The position numbers and the translations under genes are program-made. DNA of 64,000 bases from an uncultured Lentimicrobiaceae bacterium (lineage in GTDB: Bacteria > Bacteroidota > Bacteroidia > Bacteroidales > SKPS01), in NCBI GenBank assembly GCA_964469215.1, contig CAYXYB010000012.1, forward strand, positions 17,526-81,525, in the 5' to 3' direction. Shown here piece after piece: positions 28,675 through 38,287 of the stretch (position 1 is its first letter; each line of letters begins with the position of its first letter). The notes under the pieces were generated by a model. It was not told where the DNA came from, ran no database searches, and saw only the letters and a list, made by a program, of their open reading frames with translations.

Positions 28675-30018
28675 GTGAACAGAATTGTTTTACCCATGGT
28701 TTTGATGTGCTGTGCAATTTTTACCGGCAATTCTGCTGTGGCACAGAACTACCCTATGTCTGTCCCTTCTGTTGACAGGTTTTACGGTCTGTCGAAAGTA
28801 TGGCAGGAGGTAAACTATAATTTCACCGCCTTCGACAGAAATCCTACCCTCGACTGGGATAGTCTGTACAAAACATACATACCGCTGGTGATAAAAAGTA
28901 CCAATGACTACGAGTATTACAGGCTGCTTCAGCGTTTTGCCGCCCACCTGAACGATGCCAATACTAATGTTTCAATGCCCGCAGCCATAAAGGACTCATT
29001 GGTGATACCACCCGTGATAATTAAAGAGATCAGAGGAAGGTACTATATCACAAACATCGACAAGCAACTGATGGCAACCATCCCTGTTGGTTCAGAGGTT
29101 ATCCGTATCAATGGATTTGAAATATCCTCATACCTCCGCAATGAGGTGCTGCCCTATATCTCTGCAAACACTGATCACGCCCGCATGACTGCCGCACTTG
29201 AGACAATGCTGGAAGGCTGGGTAAATACCAGGGTGCTCCTGAACTGTATTACCCCTGATGGCAGAAACATCAATGAGATGGTTTCTCGTGACCGGTCGAA
29301 GAGGGTGCAATGGATACGGAACCTGCCTGCAAAGGATCCAATCTATGTTGAGTTGATAAACCGTGACATTGCCCTTGTTACACTCAATTCATTCAGCAAA
29401 GAGACTGTTGCCGGCTTTCCAAACAACAGTGATCTTGCAAAAGCCAGGGGAATTATCATTGACCTTAGGAACAATAATCACAGGGAACAACCGGGAAAGG
29501 CAGCATCCTTGGTGATTCGTTTTTCAGATCAGGAACAGATAATATTGCCAGGTTTCACTACCCGTAAATACCCCTATTCCTACACAGGTATCGGTGAAGG
29601 CTTGGATCGTTTCGGAAAATACACCCCGATATCAGGTTATTCCCATCAACCACCTGACACCTTCATGGTTCCACCATTGACTGAAAAATCAACCCTGCCT
29701 CTGGTGATACTTACCGGCCCCAAAACCGGAAACGCTGCTGAGCACTTTCTGATGATGCTGAAACAAAGCCATTTCAGGGCAACCATTATAGGTACAAGAA
29801 CTGCTGGATCAACCGGTTCATCAATAACTGCATATTTACCCGGAGATGGTCAGTTATCGGTAAATGCCAGATACGATATCTACCCGGAAGACACCTGGAT
29901 ATTTGATGGCGTTGAACCTGATATATATGTTCCCCTCGACATCAAAAGTATTCTGAACGGGGAAGATCTGGTGCTTCTAAAGGCAGTGGAATTTTTTTCA
30001 AATCCGGCAGGAAAATAA
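28675..30018 (+). CDS. S41-family peptidase-like protein (catalytic Ser not evident)
   Basis: 447 aa with a signal peptide. S41-like C-terminal core with VILTGPKTGNAAEHFLMML followed by IIGTRTAGSTG. The position usually occupied by Ser in G-S-A-A-E reads Asn. Confidence 0.55.
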   Translation: MNRIVLPMVLMCCAIFTGNSAVAQNYPMSVPSVDRFYGLSKVWQEVNYNFTAFDRNPTLDWDSLYKTYIPLVIKSTNDYEYYRLLQRFAAHLNDANTNVSMPAAIKDSLVIPPVIIKEIRGRYYITNIDKQLMATIPVGSEVIRINGFEISSYLRNEVLPYISANTDHARMTAALETMLEGWVNTRVLLNCITPDGRNINEMVSRDRSKRVQWIRNLPAKDPIYVELINRDIALVTLNSFSKETVAGFPNNSDLAKARGIIIDLRNNNHREQPGKAASLVIRFSDQEQIILPGFTTRKYPYSYTGIGEGLDRFGKYTPISGYSHQPPDTFMVPPLTEKSTLPLVILTGPKTGNAAEHFLMMLKQSHFRATIIGTRTAGSTGSSITAYLPGDGQLSVNARYDIYPEDTWIFDGVEPDIYVPLDIKSILNGEDLVLLKAVEFFSNPAGK

Positions 30019-30112
30019 AAAATCAGAAAAAATCATAATTATATATGAAATGGTTTTTTATTTAATGTTTATTTATTTCTTTTACATTCAAATCCTAAAA
30101 TCTCAAACTATT

Positions 30113-30337
30113 ATGAAAAAAGTATTTTTGTACGCAGCGGTTCTTGTTGTTATTGCAGGTTTCTCATCTTGTATGAAAGACTATACCTGCAAATGTGAAT
30201 ACACAGAAGGTGGTGATAAGCAGACAATAGACATACCAATGGATTTCAAAACAAAGCTCCTGGCTGAAACGCAATGTGATACTGAAGAGAGTTTATTTTT
30301 AACTACATATCCTGATGCTAAATGCGAGCTTAAATAA
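30113..30337 (+). CDS. small Cys-containing lipoprotein
   Basis: MKKVFLYAAVLVVIAGFSSC contains a lipobox. The mature part of about 54 aa has 4 Cys. The track's start at 30050 is less likely. Confidence 0.55.
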   Translation: MKKVFLYAAVLVVIAGFSSCMKDYTCKCEYTEGGDKQTIDIPMDFKTKLLAETQCDTEESLFLTTYPDAKCELK

Positions 30338-30366
30338 TCCGGGAGATCTCAGATTATAGGAGCAAT

Positions 30367-30450
30367 AAAGCTGAAAAGCCATACCAGTCTGAAGGAGTCA
30401 GGTAATTCTCTGAATCTGCGAACAAGGCTGGTTTTTCAGCTTTCTTTTTT
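30367..30450 (+). terminator. Long imperfect hairpin followed by a T-run
   Basis: AAAGCTGAAAAGCC (30367-30380) pairs with GGCTGGTTTTTCAGCTTT (30426-30443) and is followed by CTTTTTT. Confidence 0.35.
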
Positions 30451-30508
30451 ATGCAAATGGTTGTATTTAGATTAATTTTATAGAAAAAGCAGAATCAATA
30501 TCGTACTA

Positions 30509-31411
30509 ATGAAAAACCGCAAGGTAATAGTTGTTTCGACCATAATAATGTGTCTGGTTGGAGTATCATTTATTCTGTCTGCTTTTACCAAACTCACCGG
30601 TGTTGATGAGTTTGAACTATATATATACAACCATAAAATACTCGGATTTGATCTGTCTAGCATTGCAGCACGTCTGATTATTTCACTTGAATTTGCGATT
30701 GGCATTCTTCTCATAATAGGGTTTTATCATAATGGGATCAGGTTTATTGCCCTGGGTGTATTGATTTTATTTTCCTTGTTCCTCGTCTGGAAGCTTCTGA
30801 CAGGCAGTGCTGAAAACTGTCATTGTTTCGGGTCGGCCATCGATCTGAAACCTTATGAATCGTTGCTGAAGAATGCAGTTCTGATTGTTTTGGTGCTCAT
30901 TGGCAGGAGGAGGTACAGTTTAAAGATGCCATGGAGCGGCCTGGTGACTGCGGGGATTATTTCAGCAGCTATTGTAATACCTTTGGTTCTGTCGCCTCCT
31001 GACATCATTTACAACCGCATTTACAAACCTGTTGTGATTGATGAGGGATATGAGCAATTACATTTGAGTGAACAGACCCTTCCTTATGATAAAGGCCGGC
31101 GTATCATCCTATTCTTCAGTCCTTCATGTCCTGTTTGCAGGCTTACTGCCAGAAAAGCTGTAACTGCTGCAGAGAGATCCGGTACAGGTGATCAACTTTT
31201 GTTTTATTTTTTCGGAGACGAGGGATTTGTTGATGATTTCCGGGTAGAGACAAGGATAAAGGCTTACCCTTACTCAATACTTCCCACCCGGGAGATCATT
31301 GAAGTGACTGGCGGATTCTTCCCGACAGTTCTTTTTCTGGAGGATGGAGTGATAAAAAAGCGTAGCAGTTACCGTGATCTTTTCGAATCTGATTTCATCA
31401 ATATAAATTAA
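30509..31411 (+). CDS. MauE/DoxX-like membrane domain fused to a thioredoxin-fold domain
   Basis: The N-terminal half has 4-5 TM helices and the NCHCFG motif typical of MauE-like proteins. The C-terminal domain carries FFSPSCPVCR, a CxxC motif. Confidence 0.6.
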   Translation: MKNRKVIVVSTIIMCLVGVSFILSAFTKLTGVDEFELYIYNHKILGFDLSSIAARLIISLEFAIGILLIIGFYHNGIRFIALGVLILFSLFLVWKLLTGSAENCHCFGSAIDLKPYESLLKNAVLIVLVLIGRRRYSLKMPWSGLVTAGIISAAIVIPLVLSPPDIIYNRIYKPVVIDEGYEQLHLSEQTLPYDKGRRIILFFSPSCPVCRLTARKAVTAAERSGTGDQLLFYFFGDEGFVDDFRVETRIKAYPYSILPTREIIEVTGGFFPTVLFLEDGVIKKRSSYRDLFESDFININ

Positions 31412-31417
31412 AACAAC

Positions 31418-31452
31418 CCCGGCATTCAAGGGTGTTACCTATTAATGCCGGG
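31418..31452 (-). terminator. Hairpin between convergent genes
   Basis: CCCGGCATT-17 nt-AATGCCGGG. On the minus strand it is followed by GTTGTTTTAATTT, downstream of tdh. Confidence 0.5.
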
Positions 31453-31493
31453 TAGTGGCGTAAGGGTTTAACAAATCGGTTTGTTTTTAAGGT

Positions 31494-32447
31494 TTACTTC
31501 CCGAATTTTTTCCTTATCTCTGTGATCATCACCTTAGTCATTCCTGCGAGGTCATATTTGTCAGTAAGTCCCCAGTCGGCACGGGCAACACTGTCGTCGA
31601 TACTCATTGGCCATGAGTCGGCAATTGCCTGGCGGAAGTCGGGTTCGTATGTGATCCCGAATCCGGGGATATGCTTTTTGATCTCTGCGGCAAGGGTTTT
31701 TGGGTCGAAGCTGATACCGCCAACGTTGTAGTTTGAACGGATCTTCACCTTTTCAGCCGGTGCTTCCATCAGGTCGATGGTAGCTTTGAGGGCATCCGGC
31801 ATAAACTGCATTGGCAGGCGGGTATTTTCTGAAAGGAAGCATTTGTATTTTCCTGACTTAACTGCTTCGTAGAATATCTCCACTGCGTAATCGGTGGTGC
31901 CGCCGCCCGCTTCGGTCTTATAGCTTATGATACCCGGATAGCGGATACCACGTGTGTCGACTTTGTATTTGTTCCAGTAATATTCAACCCAGCGTTCACC
32001 TGCCAGTTTCGACATGCCATAAACCGAGGTAGGTTCCATGGTGCATGTCTGTGGGGTGTTCTCACGTGGAGTTGTTGGCCCGAAGACAGCAATGGAGCTT
32101 GGCCAGAACAGCTTGTCGATCTTCATCACACGGCATACCTCCAGAACATTGAACAGACTCTGCATATTGATATCCCATGAAGGGAGTGGCTTCTTCTCGG
32201 CGCTTCCCGACAGGACGGCCGCCATATGGTATATCTGGTTGATTTTGTACTTGTTAACTACTTCATAAATATGATGAATGTTCATCACATCGAAATGCTC
32301 GTAAGGGCCACTCTCAAGCACCTCAGCAGGTGGTTTGGTGTAATGAACCGTTGCCACAACATTAGAAGCGCCGTAAACGCGCCTCAACTCCATAACCAGC
32401 TCAGATCCTATCTGTCCGGCACTCCCGATAACCAATATTTTCTCCAT
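31494..32447 (-). CDS. tdh: L-threonine 3-dehydrogenase, SDR/epimerase-type
   Basis: 317 aa with the Rossmann motif VIGSAGQIGSEL and YGMSK (YxxxK). Its size and sequence resemble the short-chain type Tdh. Confidence 0.75.
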   Translation of the reverse strand: MEKILVIGSAGQIGSELVMELRRVYGASNVVATVHYTKPPAEVLESGPYEHFDVMNIHHIYEVVNKYKINQIYHMAAVLSGSAEKKPLPSWDINMQSLFNVLEVCRVMKIDKLFWPSSIAVFGPTTPRENTPQTCTMEPTSVYGMSKLAGERWVEYYWNKYKVDTRGIRYPGIISYKTEAGGGTTDYAVEIFYEAVKSGKYKCFLSENTRLPMQFMPDALKATIDLMEAPAEKVKIRSNYNVGGISFDPKTLAAEIKKHIPGFGITYEPDFRQAIADSWPMSIDDSVARADWGLTDKYDLAGMTKVMITEIRKKFGK

Positions 32448-32878
32448 CGTGATATTTATTTAAGTTCTTGATTCTTTGTCGGGGGCAAAGATATGATTTT
32501 GGTTTGAAAATACCATGAGTGTTAAATTACCGTAAAGTAGTTCTCCTGGGATTTTCAAAGTAATTCAAAGAATAAATTGAAAGTCTGTGAAAATAAATTC
32601 AGTTTTTTCCCAAATTCCCGGGTTATTATCCTATAGTATTTACAGAATGTGTTTTGGAAATTAAAAAGGAATAAATGCAGATTAGTCTGCCATCATCACA
32701 ATAGTTTTAACTCCGGCAGAATCCAATACCAACTGTTCGAACCTCAAAATCGGATATCGGGCAAAAAGTAAAGTAAAAGGCCGTTCACTTAAGAGTCCAT
32801 GACCAGAAGTGATTTTGGTATATCAAATTGCCTGTAAATCAAATAAATTGTTTTACCTAATATCACCGTTTCCAAATA

Positions 32879-34714
32879 CTACATCCTCCCTTTCACAAAC
32901 CTGAACCTGTAAAAGTCACCGTTGCCGGTAAGAAGTCGTCCGATATATATCCCTGCTGGAAGTTGACTTACATCAACTTCGGCTATTCTTATGTTTGGTG
33001 CAAGCTGCAATTCAGAAAGTCTCACACCCTGAAAGTTGAATATCTGTAACATGCCGGATGATAAAAGATTATGATCGGGCATTCTGATGTAAAGGATTTC
33101 CTTCACAGGATTTGGAAATACCTGCAGATTTTCCTTCGGTGATATTGATTCAATATTGCTAATAGTAACTGGATAACATGCAGATATTGCGCTACACCCG
33201 TTTTGTGTCACGATACAGGCATAAATGCCACTGGCGCCGGGTGTAAAACTGCTTCCCGTGATTCCTGCCATGGTGTCGTTTGTGGTGCAGTCGAACCATT
33301 GAAAGCTAGCATTGGTTGCCTTGGCAATAAGGGTAATGCCACTAAGTATTACCGCTGTATCTACCACCACCGGAATTATTGATATCTGGACTACACTGTC
33401 GCAACCAAGAACATTTACCAGAGTGTCATAAACCACGGCGGCCTGGTTATACCATATGCCATTCACCAAGATGCTGTCGCCCGGACATAGATAGTGTTGA
33501 ATATTGGAAAGGGCACCAAAGGCTTGGTAGGGAAATATAGTGTTTTGCTTGAAAGTGGTTGGGCCATTATGTACGGTACCAATCGATCCCGGCATGGCAG
33601 GAGGCGAGCCGTAAGGGCCGCCGGTACCGCCTGAAACATTCATTGTGCCGGTAGCATTGTAACCTGAACCATGGAATAGCTTGATCCTGCCGCCACCGCC
33701 ACCGCTGTCGTTGGCCGAAGACGAACACGTAGATCCGGCACCACCTTTTGCCGATAAAGTGCCTGAAATAGACAGGTGATCTGCTTTGATACTAATACCT
33801 CCACCTGCACCACCTCCACCACCACGTGAACTTCCCGGTTGTGTTGCATCTTTGCCATCCATGATAATCTGGCCGTTGATAACAGCCACTCTGGAGATTA
33901 TGGAAACATAACCTCCTCCGTTACCTCCGGGAGTATTGTCACTTGATCCGCCTCCGGAACCCATCTCTATATCAGAACCTGATGAGGTGCCGTAAGTGGA
34001 ACCACCAATACCGGGGGTGTCACCGGAATCATAGCCTCCAAGCCCTCCTGCGCCTCCGTATCCCCCTCCGCCACATCCTGAATTGGTAGAATAACCGCCA
34101 CCTCCGGGGCCATTGCCCGGTAATGTAGGAGTGGGGGAGGTATATCCACTTCCCGCACCATTGATGGTACCATTAATCTCAACATATTCAGCATAGATAG
34201 TTAGAGGTTGCCCTCCGTTTACAAACAGGATGTCCCCTGAGTTAATCTTGAGCCAGCCGTAGTGCTGAATATTGCCGGCATAAACATTCCCGGATGTAAT
34301 AAGTGCATTGGGAAAAGTGTTGCTGAAATTAGACGTACCGGGTGCAAGAGAGTCACCGAAATACATCCATAATGTTATGGAATCATTTGCCTGAAGTTGA
34401 TCAAGCTTTACCCATATAACTGTACTGTCCTGGTTTATACCCGTTTCAATCCAGTAAGATAGATAATTTTCAGGACATCCGGTTGAAAACCTTATGTCAT
34501 CACCATCAGGTTGCATAAGCCCCGCCGTAACCAGCACCTGGGTGTTGATCTGAACCATTGCCTGGAACTGGGTGTGACTTATTCCATAGGGTTCAAAAAC
34601 TACTAGTTTCATGCATTGTGAAGGTGCATACTGACCGGAAGCATTCAGAGAAATCATAAGTATCATCCCTGAAATCAGAAACAGGTAATGAAATGAACAA
34701 AGGATATTTTTCAT
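32879..34714 (-). CDS. secreted DUF2341-like / Gly-rich protein with T9SS C-terminal sorting domain
   Basis: 611 aa with a signal peptide. It has an N-terminal DUF2341-like region (DGDDIRF...YWIE...TVIWVKL) and a long Gly-rich central region. The C-terminus VFPNPVKEILYIRM...GIYIGRLL...RFRFVKG is a T9SS C-terminal domain. Confidence 0.65.
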   Translation of the reverse strand: MKNILCSFHYLFLISGMILMISLNASGQYAPSQCMKLVVFEPYGISHTQFQAMVQINTQVLVTAGLMQPDGDDIRFSTGCPENYLSYWIETGINQDSTVIWVKLDQLQANDSITLWMYFGDSLAPGTSNFSNTFPNALITSGNVYAGNIQHYGWLKINSGDILFVNGGQPLTIYAEYVEINGTINGAGSGYTSPTPTLPGNGPGGGGYSTNSGCGGGGYGGAGGLGGYDSGDTPGIGGSTYGTSSGSDIEMGSGGGSSDNTPGGNGGGYVSIISRVAVINGQIIMDGKDATQPGSSRGGGGGAGGGISIKADHLSISGTLSAKGGAGSTCSSSANDSGGGGGRIKLFHGSGYNATGTMNVSGGTGGPYGSPPAMPGSIGTVHNGPTTFKQNTIFPYQAFGALSNIQHYLCPGDSILVNGIWYNQAAVVYDTLVNVLGCDSVVQISIIPVVVDTAVILSGITLIAKATNASFQWFDCTTNDTMAGITGSSFTPGASGIYACIVTQNGCSAISACYPVTISNIESISPKENLQVFPNPVKEILYIRMPDHNLLSSGMLQIFNFQGVRLSELQLAPNIRIAEVDVSQLPAGIYIGRLLTGNGDFYRFRFVKGRM

Positions 34715-35194
34715 GGTCTGGAATTTTTTTGATGAACGGTAATATTTTTCTCGATCAACATTAAATATGCTAACAAAGTTAATAAATAAATCATAATGTC
34801 ACTTAAAAAGAATGATTTGGATGTTTTTTTATCTCTCCAATGAAGCTTAATAAAAGTATTAGGGCAAACTCATTTCTGAGAACAGGCTGTTTTAAGACTC
34901 CGGCTGTATTCACACTTTACACCTTTAGTGAATTATAAAATTAGAGAATAATGCATATCTTTGCTAATGGATAGCCCTGAAAATTGGCTTTGGAACCGTT
35001 GAGAGAGCCAATAATACAGAAAACAAAGAGTCTAACGAACGAATGTTCAAATCTCAGGTTCGAATACTGATGATGCCATATGCTGTTTTCTATTGGCTTT
35101 AAGGTTAGTTTTTTCAAAGAATCACCAAACTTTCATTTCATCAGGAGTGCAACAGGGATACTGTGGTTAGTTAACAAAAGGGAATTATGAAATT

Positions 35195-36025
35195 ATGAAG
35201 CAAGTCATCAAAGACCTCTGGCTTATTACTATGTTGATTTTGGCGGCCTCTTTTCTGTTGCTTTTTTCTGATATGGGGCAACGTGAAACGGGAAAACTAC
35301 CACACTGTATCAATACCCATCCATTGCAATCATGCAGTTTTCCTCAACTGCTGTATTGGATAAGCATGTTGCCGGAATTCTTGACAAGCTTCAATCAGAG
35401 GGGATGTTTGCTCCGGATCAACAGAACATAAGAATGTTCAACCCTCAGGGTGACATCAATACTGCCAATGCGATAGCCAAAGAGATGGTAAATGGCAATT
35501 TCGAACTTATCATCACTTCGAGCACAACAGCTCTGCAAACGGTAGCGTGTGCCAACCAGAAGATTGGGAAAACACATGTTTTCGGAGCTGTGACCGACCC
35601 TTATGTTGCGGGAGTTGGCATTTCCGGCCCCAACCCATCCAACCACCTCCCTTACAAGGTATACGACTGCATGAAGCAACAGCCACCTCCGTGACGGAGT
35701 TGGGTATCGGAACACAATCAGTGATTCAGCGTGGGGCGCAGGCCATGATAATTTCGGCAGACAATCTGGTGGCAACCGGCTTCCCGACCATTCACAATGC
35801 AGCACAGGCAGGCAATATTCCCATCTTCACCACAGAAACCGGGCTGGTTGAAAAGGGAGCAGCAGGAGCTTATGGGTAAAACCATTTAGAAGAGGGAATA
35901 CAGTTCGGGAGAATAGCAGTAAAAATCATTGCCGGACTTCCGGTTGCACAACTACCTGTTAATGAAACTTAAACAAAATGGCGTATTGATCCTGATGTTA
36001 CAAAGGCAGCCCGGCTAACTTCGAG
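35195..36025 (+). pseudogene. ABC transporter substrate-binding protein (ABC_sub_bind/PF04392-like), frameshifted
   Basis: Homologous sense is spread over at least 4 reading frames (ORFs at 35195, 35332 and 35547, plus the 35887 frame). The recognisable pieces are IITSSTTALQ..., THVFGAVTDP and IPIFTTETGLVEKGAAGAYG. Confidence 0.7.
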
Positions 36026-36026
36026 G

Positions 36027-36586
36027 ATGCTGAAGCTTACATTGGTACATTACAGTGACACTGAATTTGCTGAACGGTGCCATGAAGGGCTTATTGATGG
36101 GTTGAAAAAGGCAGGATACCACCAGGGAAATCAATACACTTTGCGGGTATTCAATGCTCAGAGCGACATGACAACCCTATCCGGAATCATCACCAAATCT
36201 CCTTTTTCTGGAATGGCACCTTTGATAAGCGAATAGGTACCTGATGTTAAAAGGGTAGGGACTCTGTATACCCCGGCTGAGGTCAATAATGTGCTTTATA
36301 TGCAGTGGTTCCGTGATGCGTTGAAAAAGTAAGGTTTGTAGTTGGTTACTGTTCCGGTAACCTCAGGTTCTGAAGTGTCTCAGGCTGCTACAAAGTTGTG
36401 CCGTAAAGAGATACAGGTCGTCTGTCATGTTGTCGATAATCTGACCCGGCCGGGTTTTGCACTTATCGCCTACAAAGCACACCCAAACGGATTGCCGGTA
36501 TTTGTTTTCGACAGCGCCCAGATGAAAGATGGTGGTGCGGTATGTCTGTCACGGGACTATCTTAATGCAGGTTTTGAAGCTGTTGA
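36027..36586 (+). pseudogene. second ABC_sub_bind-type substrate-binding gene, truncated and interrupted
   Basis: The fragments LVHYSDTEFAERCHEGLIDGLKKAGY...RVFNAQSDMTT, VKRVGTLYTPAEVN and VTVPVTSGSEVSQAA...LPVFVFDSAQMKDGGAV are separated by stops and frameshifts. There is no signal peptide. Confidence 0.65.
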
Positions 36587-37194
36587 GAAAGCAGTAAATG
36601 GGCAGAATACAAGCGTGCTCGTTTTATCGGGAGGGTATTTCAGAACCCTTTTGCAGGAACTGCAGCCGACAAGACCATCGCTGAAAACATTGTAATGGCA
36701 ATGGGATGTGGCTGGTCGAGACCCTTTCGGTTAGCGGTCAGCAAACCGTCGCTGAAGGCTATCGCTGAAAAAACCAGTGTTTTGAAAATGGGTCTCGAAG
36801 ACCGGCTCAACAACCCGATAGGAACCCTCTCCGGGGGTCAGCGTCAGGCATTAACACTGCTGATGTCCACCTGGCTGAAACCAAAACTGCTTCTGCTGGA
36901 TGAGCATACCGCCGCCCTGACCCTAAAAGTGCTGCAAAGATTGCAGAGCTTACCGAAGAAATTATCAAACAGGAATAACTTACTACACTTATGGTCACCC
37001 ATTACATGCAACAGCCTGTCGATCTTCCCGACAGGATTGTGATGATGCACCGGGGTCAGATTATCGAAGATTTTCGCGACGAGGCTAAAAAACGGGTACG
37101 CATTCCTGACCTTATAGATATTTTCACCGTAATACAAAAAAAGGACATGTTCGACGAAGTGGTTGCAAAACTTATGCGTAAGCAGTTCATATAA
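36587..37194 (+). pseudogene. ABC transporter ATP-binding protein remnant (5'-deleted, frameshifted, in-frame stop)
   Basis: It begins at about RFIGRVFQNPFAGTAADKTIAENI with no Walker A. LSGGQRQAL and LLLLDEHTAAL are present. A frameshift falls before PKSAAKIAELTEEIIKQE, followed by a TAA stop and then LTTLMVTHYMQQ. No permease gene is present. Confidence 0.75.
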
Positions 37195-37210
37195 AATCTA
37201 GAAGCACCGG

Positions 37211-38287
37211 TTATTGTGTTCTGATATTTAAGGTGATAACATTCTTGTCGGACTCACGTTGATATTCAACGCTTTGACATTTGCTCCTGATCAGCATCAG
37301 TCCCAGATCATCATCCTGAACTTCCAGAAGGTTGCAGGGATCCCCGGCAGCATCACAGATCAGATTCACAATGCCCGATTTCTCGGAATAGGACAACCTG
37401 AGGTGGATGTCGGAAAAGTCCTTCTGAAGCAACAATACCTCTTCGGCTAATGATGATACCGAGTCGGCCAGATGCTTTGAAAGGAAGTGCTTTTCACAGA
37501 ATGCCTCCAATCTGGCCTGTATGGCGTAAAGATCATAAGTCTCGGAAGTTACATGAATATCAAGACTTCGGATACGATTAATAAATGCCCGGGTTTTGGG
37601 TTTAATTGGGTTTTCGAAGATCTCCTCAGCAGTACCCTCTTCGTAAATAGTTCCCTCATCCATATATAGAACCCGGCTGGAAATATTTCTTGCAAACTCC
37701 ATCTCATGTGTTACAATCACCATGGTCATTCCCTCCCGTGACAGGCGGCGGATCACAGCCAGCACCTCGCTCACCATTGTAGGGTCAAGGGCAGAGGTAG
37801 GTTCGTCGAAAAGGAGGATTTCAGGTTCCATCGCCATACAACGTGCGATAGCAACCCGCTGTTTCTGGCCACCTGACAATGCCTCAGGCATGGTATGAGC
37901 TTTTTCAGCAAGGCCCACAAGCTTAAGCAATGCCATGGCCTGCTGTTCAGCTTCAGCACGCTTCTTATTCTTTAACCTGACGGGTGCCAGGGTAAGGTTC
38001 TCGAGTACCGTTAGATGATCATAGAGGTTAAACGATTGAAACACCATCCCCATCCGCTGTCGAATCGACGGAACATCTGCACTCCTGTCAAGCAATGGTA
38101 TTCCATCAATCATGATAGAACCCCCTGATGGGTGCTCAAGAAGATTAATGCACCTAAGCAGAGTACTCTTTCCCGATCCTGATGGCCCGATCACTGAAAT
38201 CACCTCCCCCTTACGGATGTCAAGATCAATATCCAGCAAAACCTGAAGGCTCCCGAAACTCTTTGATAAATTCCTGATTTCTATCAT
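37211..38287 (-). CDS. polar amino-acid ABC transporter ATP-binding protein with ~110-aa C-terminal extension
   Basis: It has Walker [10 protein letters not shown], the signature [13 protein letters not shown], Walker [12 protein letters not shown] and the H-loop VTHEM. An extra domain follows residue ~245. Confidence 0.85.
   Translation of the reverse strand: MIEIRNLSKSFGSLQVLLDIDLDIRKGEVISVIGPSGSGKSTLLRCINLLEHPSGGSIMIDGIPLLDRSADVPSIRQRMGMVFQSFNLYDHLTVLENLTLAPVRLKNKKRAEAEQQAMALLKLVGLAEKAHTMPEALSGGQKQRVAIARCMAMEPEILLFDEPTSALDPTMVSEVLAVIRRLSREGMTMVIVTHEMEFARNISSRVLYMDEGTIYEEGTAEEIFENPIKPKTRAFINRIRSLDIHVTSETYDLYAIQARLEAFCEKHFLSKHLADSVSSLAEEVLLLQKDFSDIHLRLSYSEKSGIVNLICDAAGDPCNLLEVQDDDLGLMLIRSKCQSVEYQRESDKNVITLNIRTQ

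Noticed and set aside
27071-32447. kbl and tdh as an unusual split threonine-degradation operon
   Set aside because: The two genes are about 3 kb apart on opposite strands with unrelated genes between them. This is a common arrangement and shows nothing anomalous in sequence.
35050-35080. The GGTTCGAAT-containing segment as a tRNA or tmRNA gene
   Set aside because: I could not build an acceptor stem, a D-arm or an anticodon arm. Only a 4-bp T-arm-like hairpin is present.
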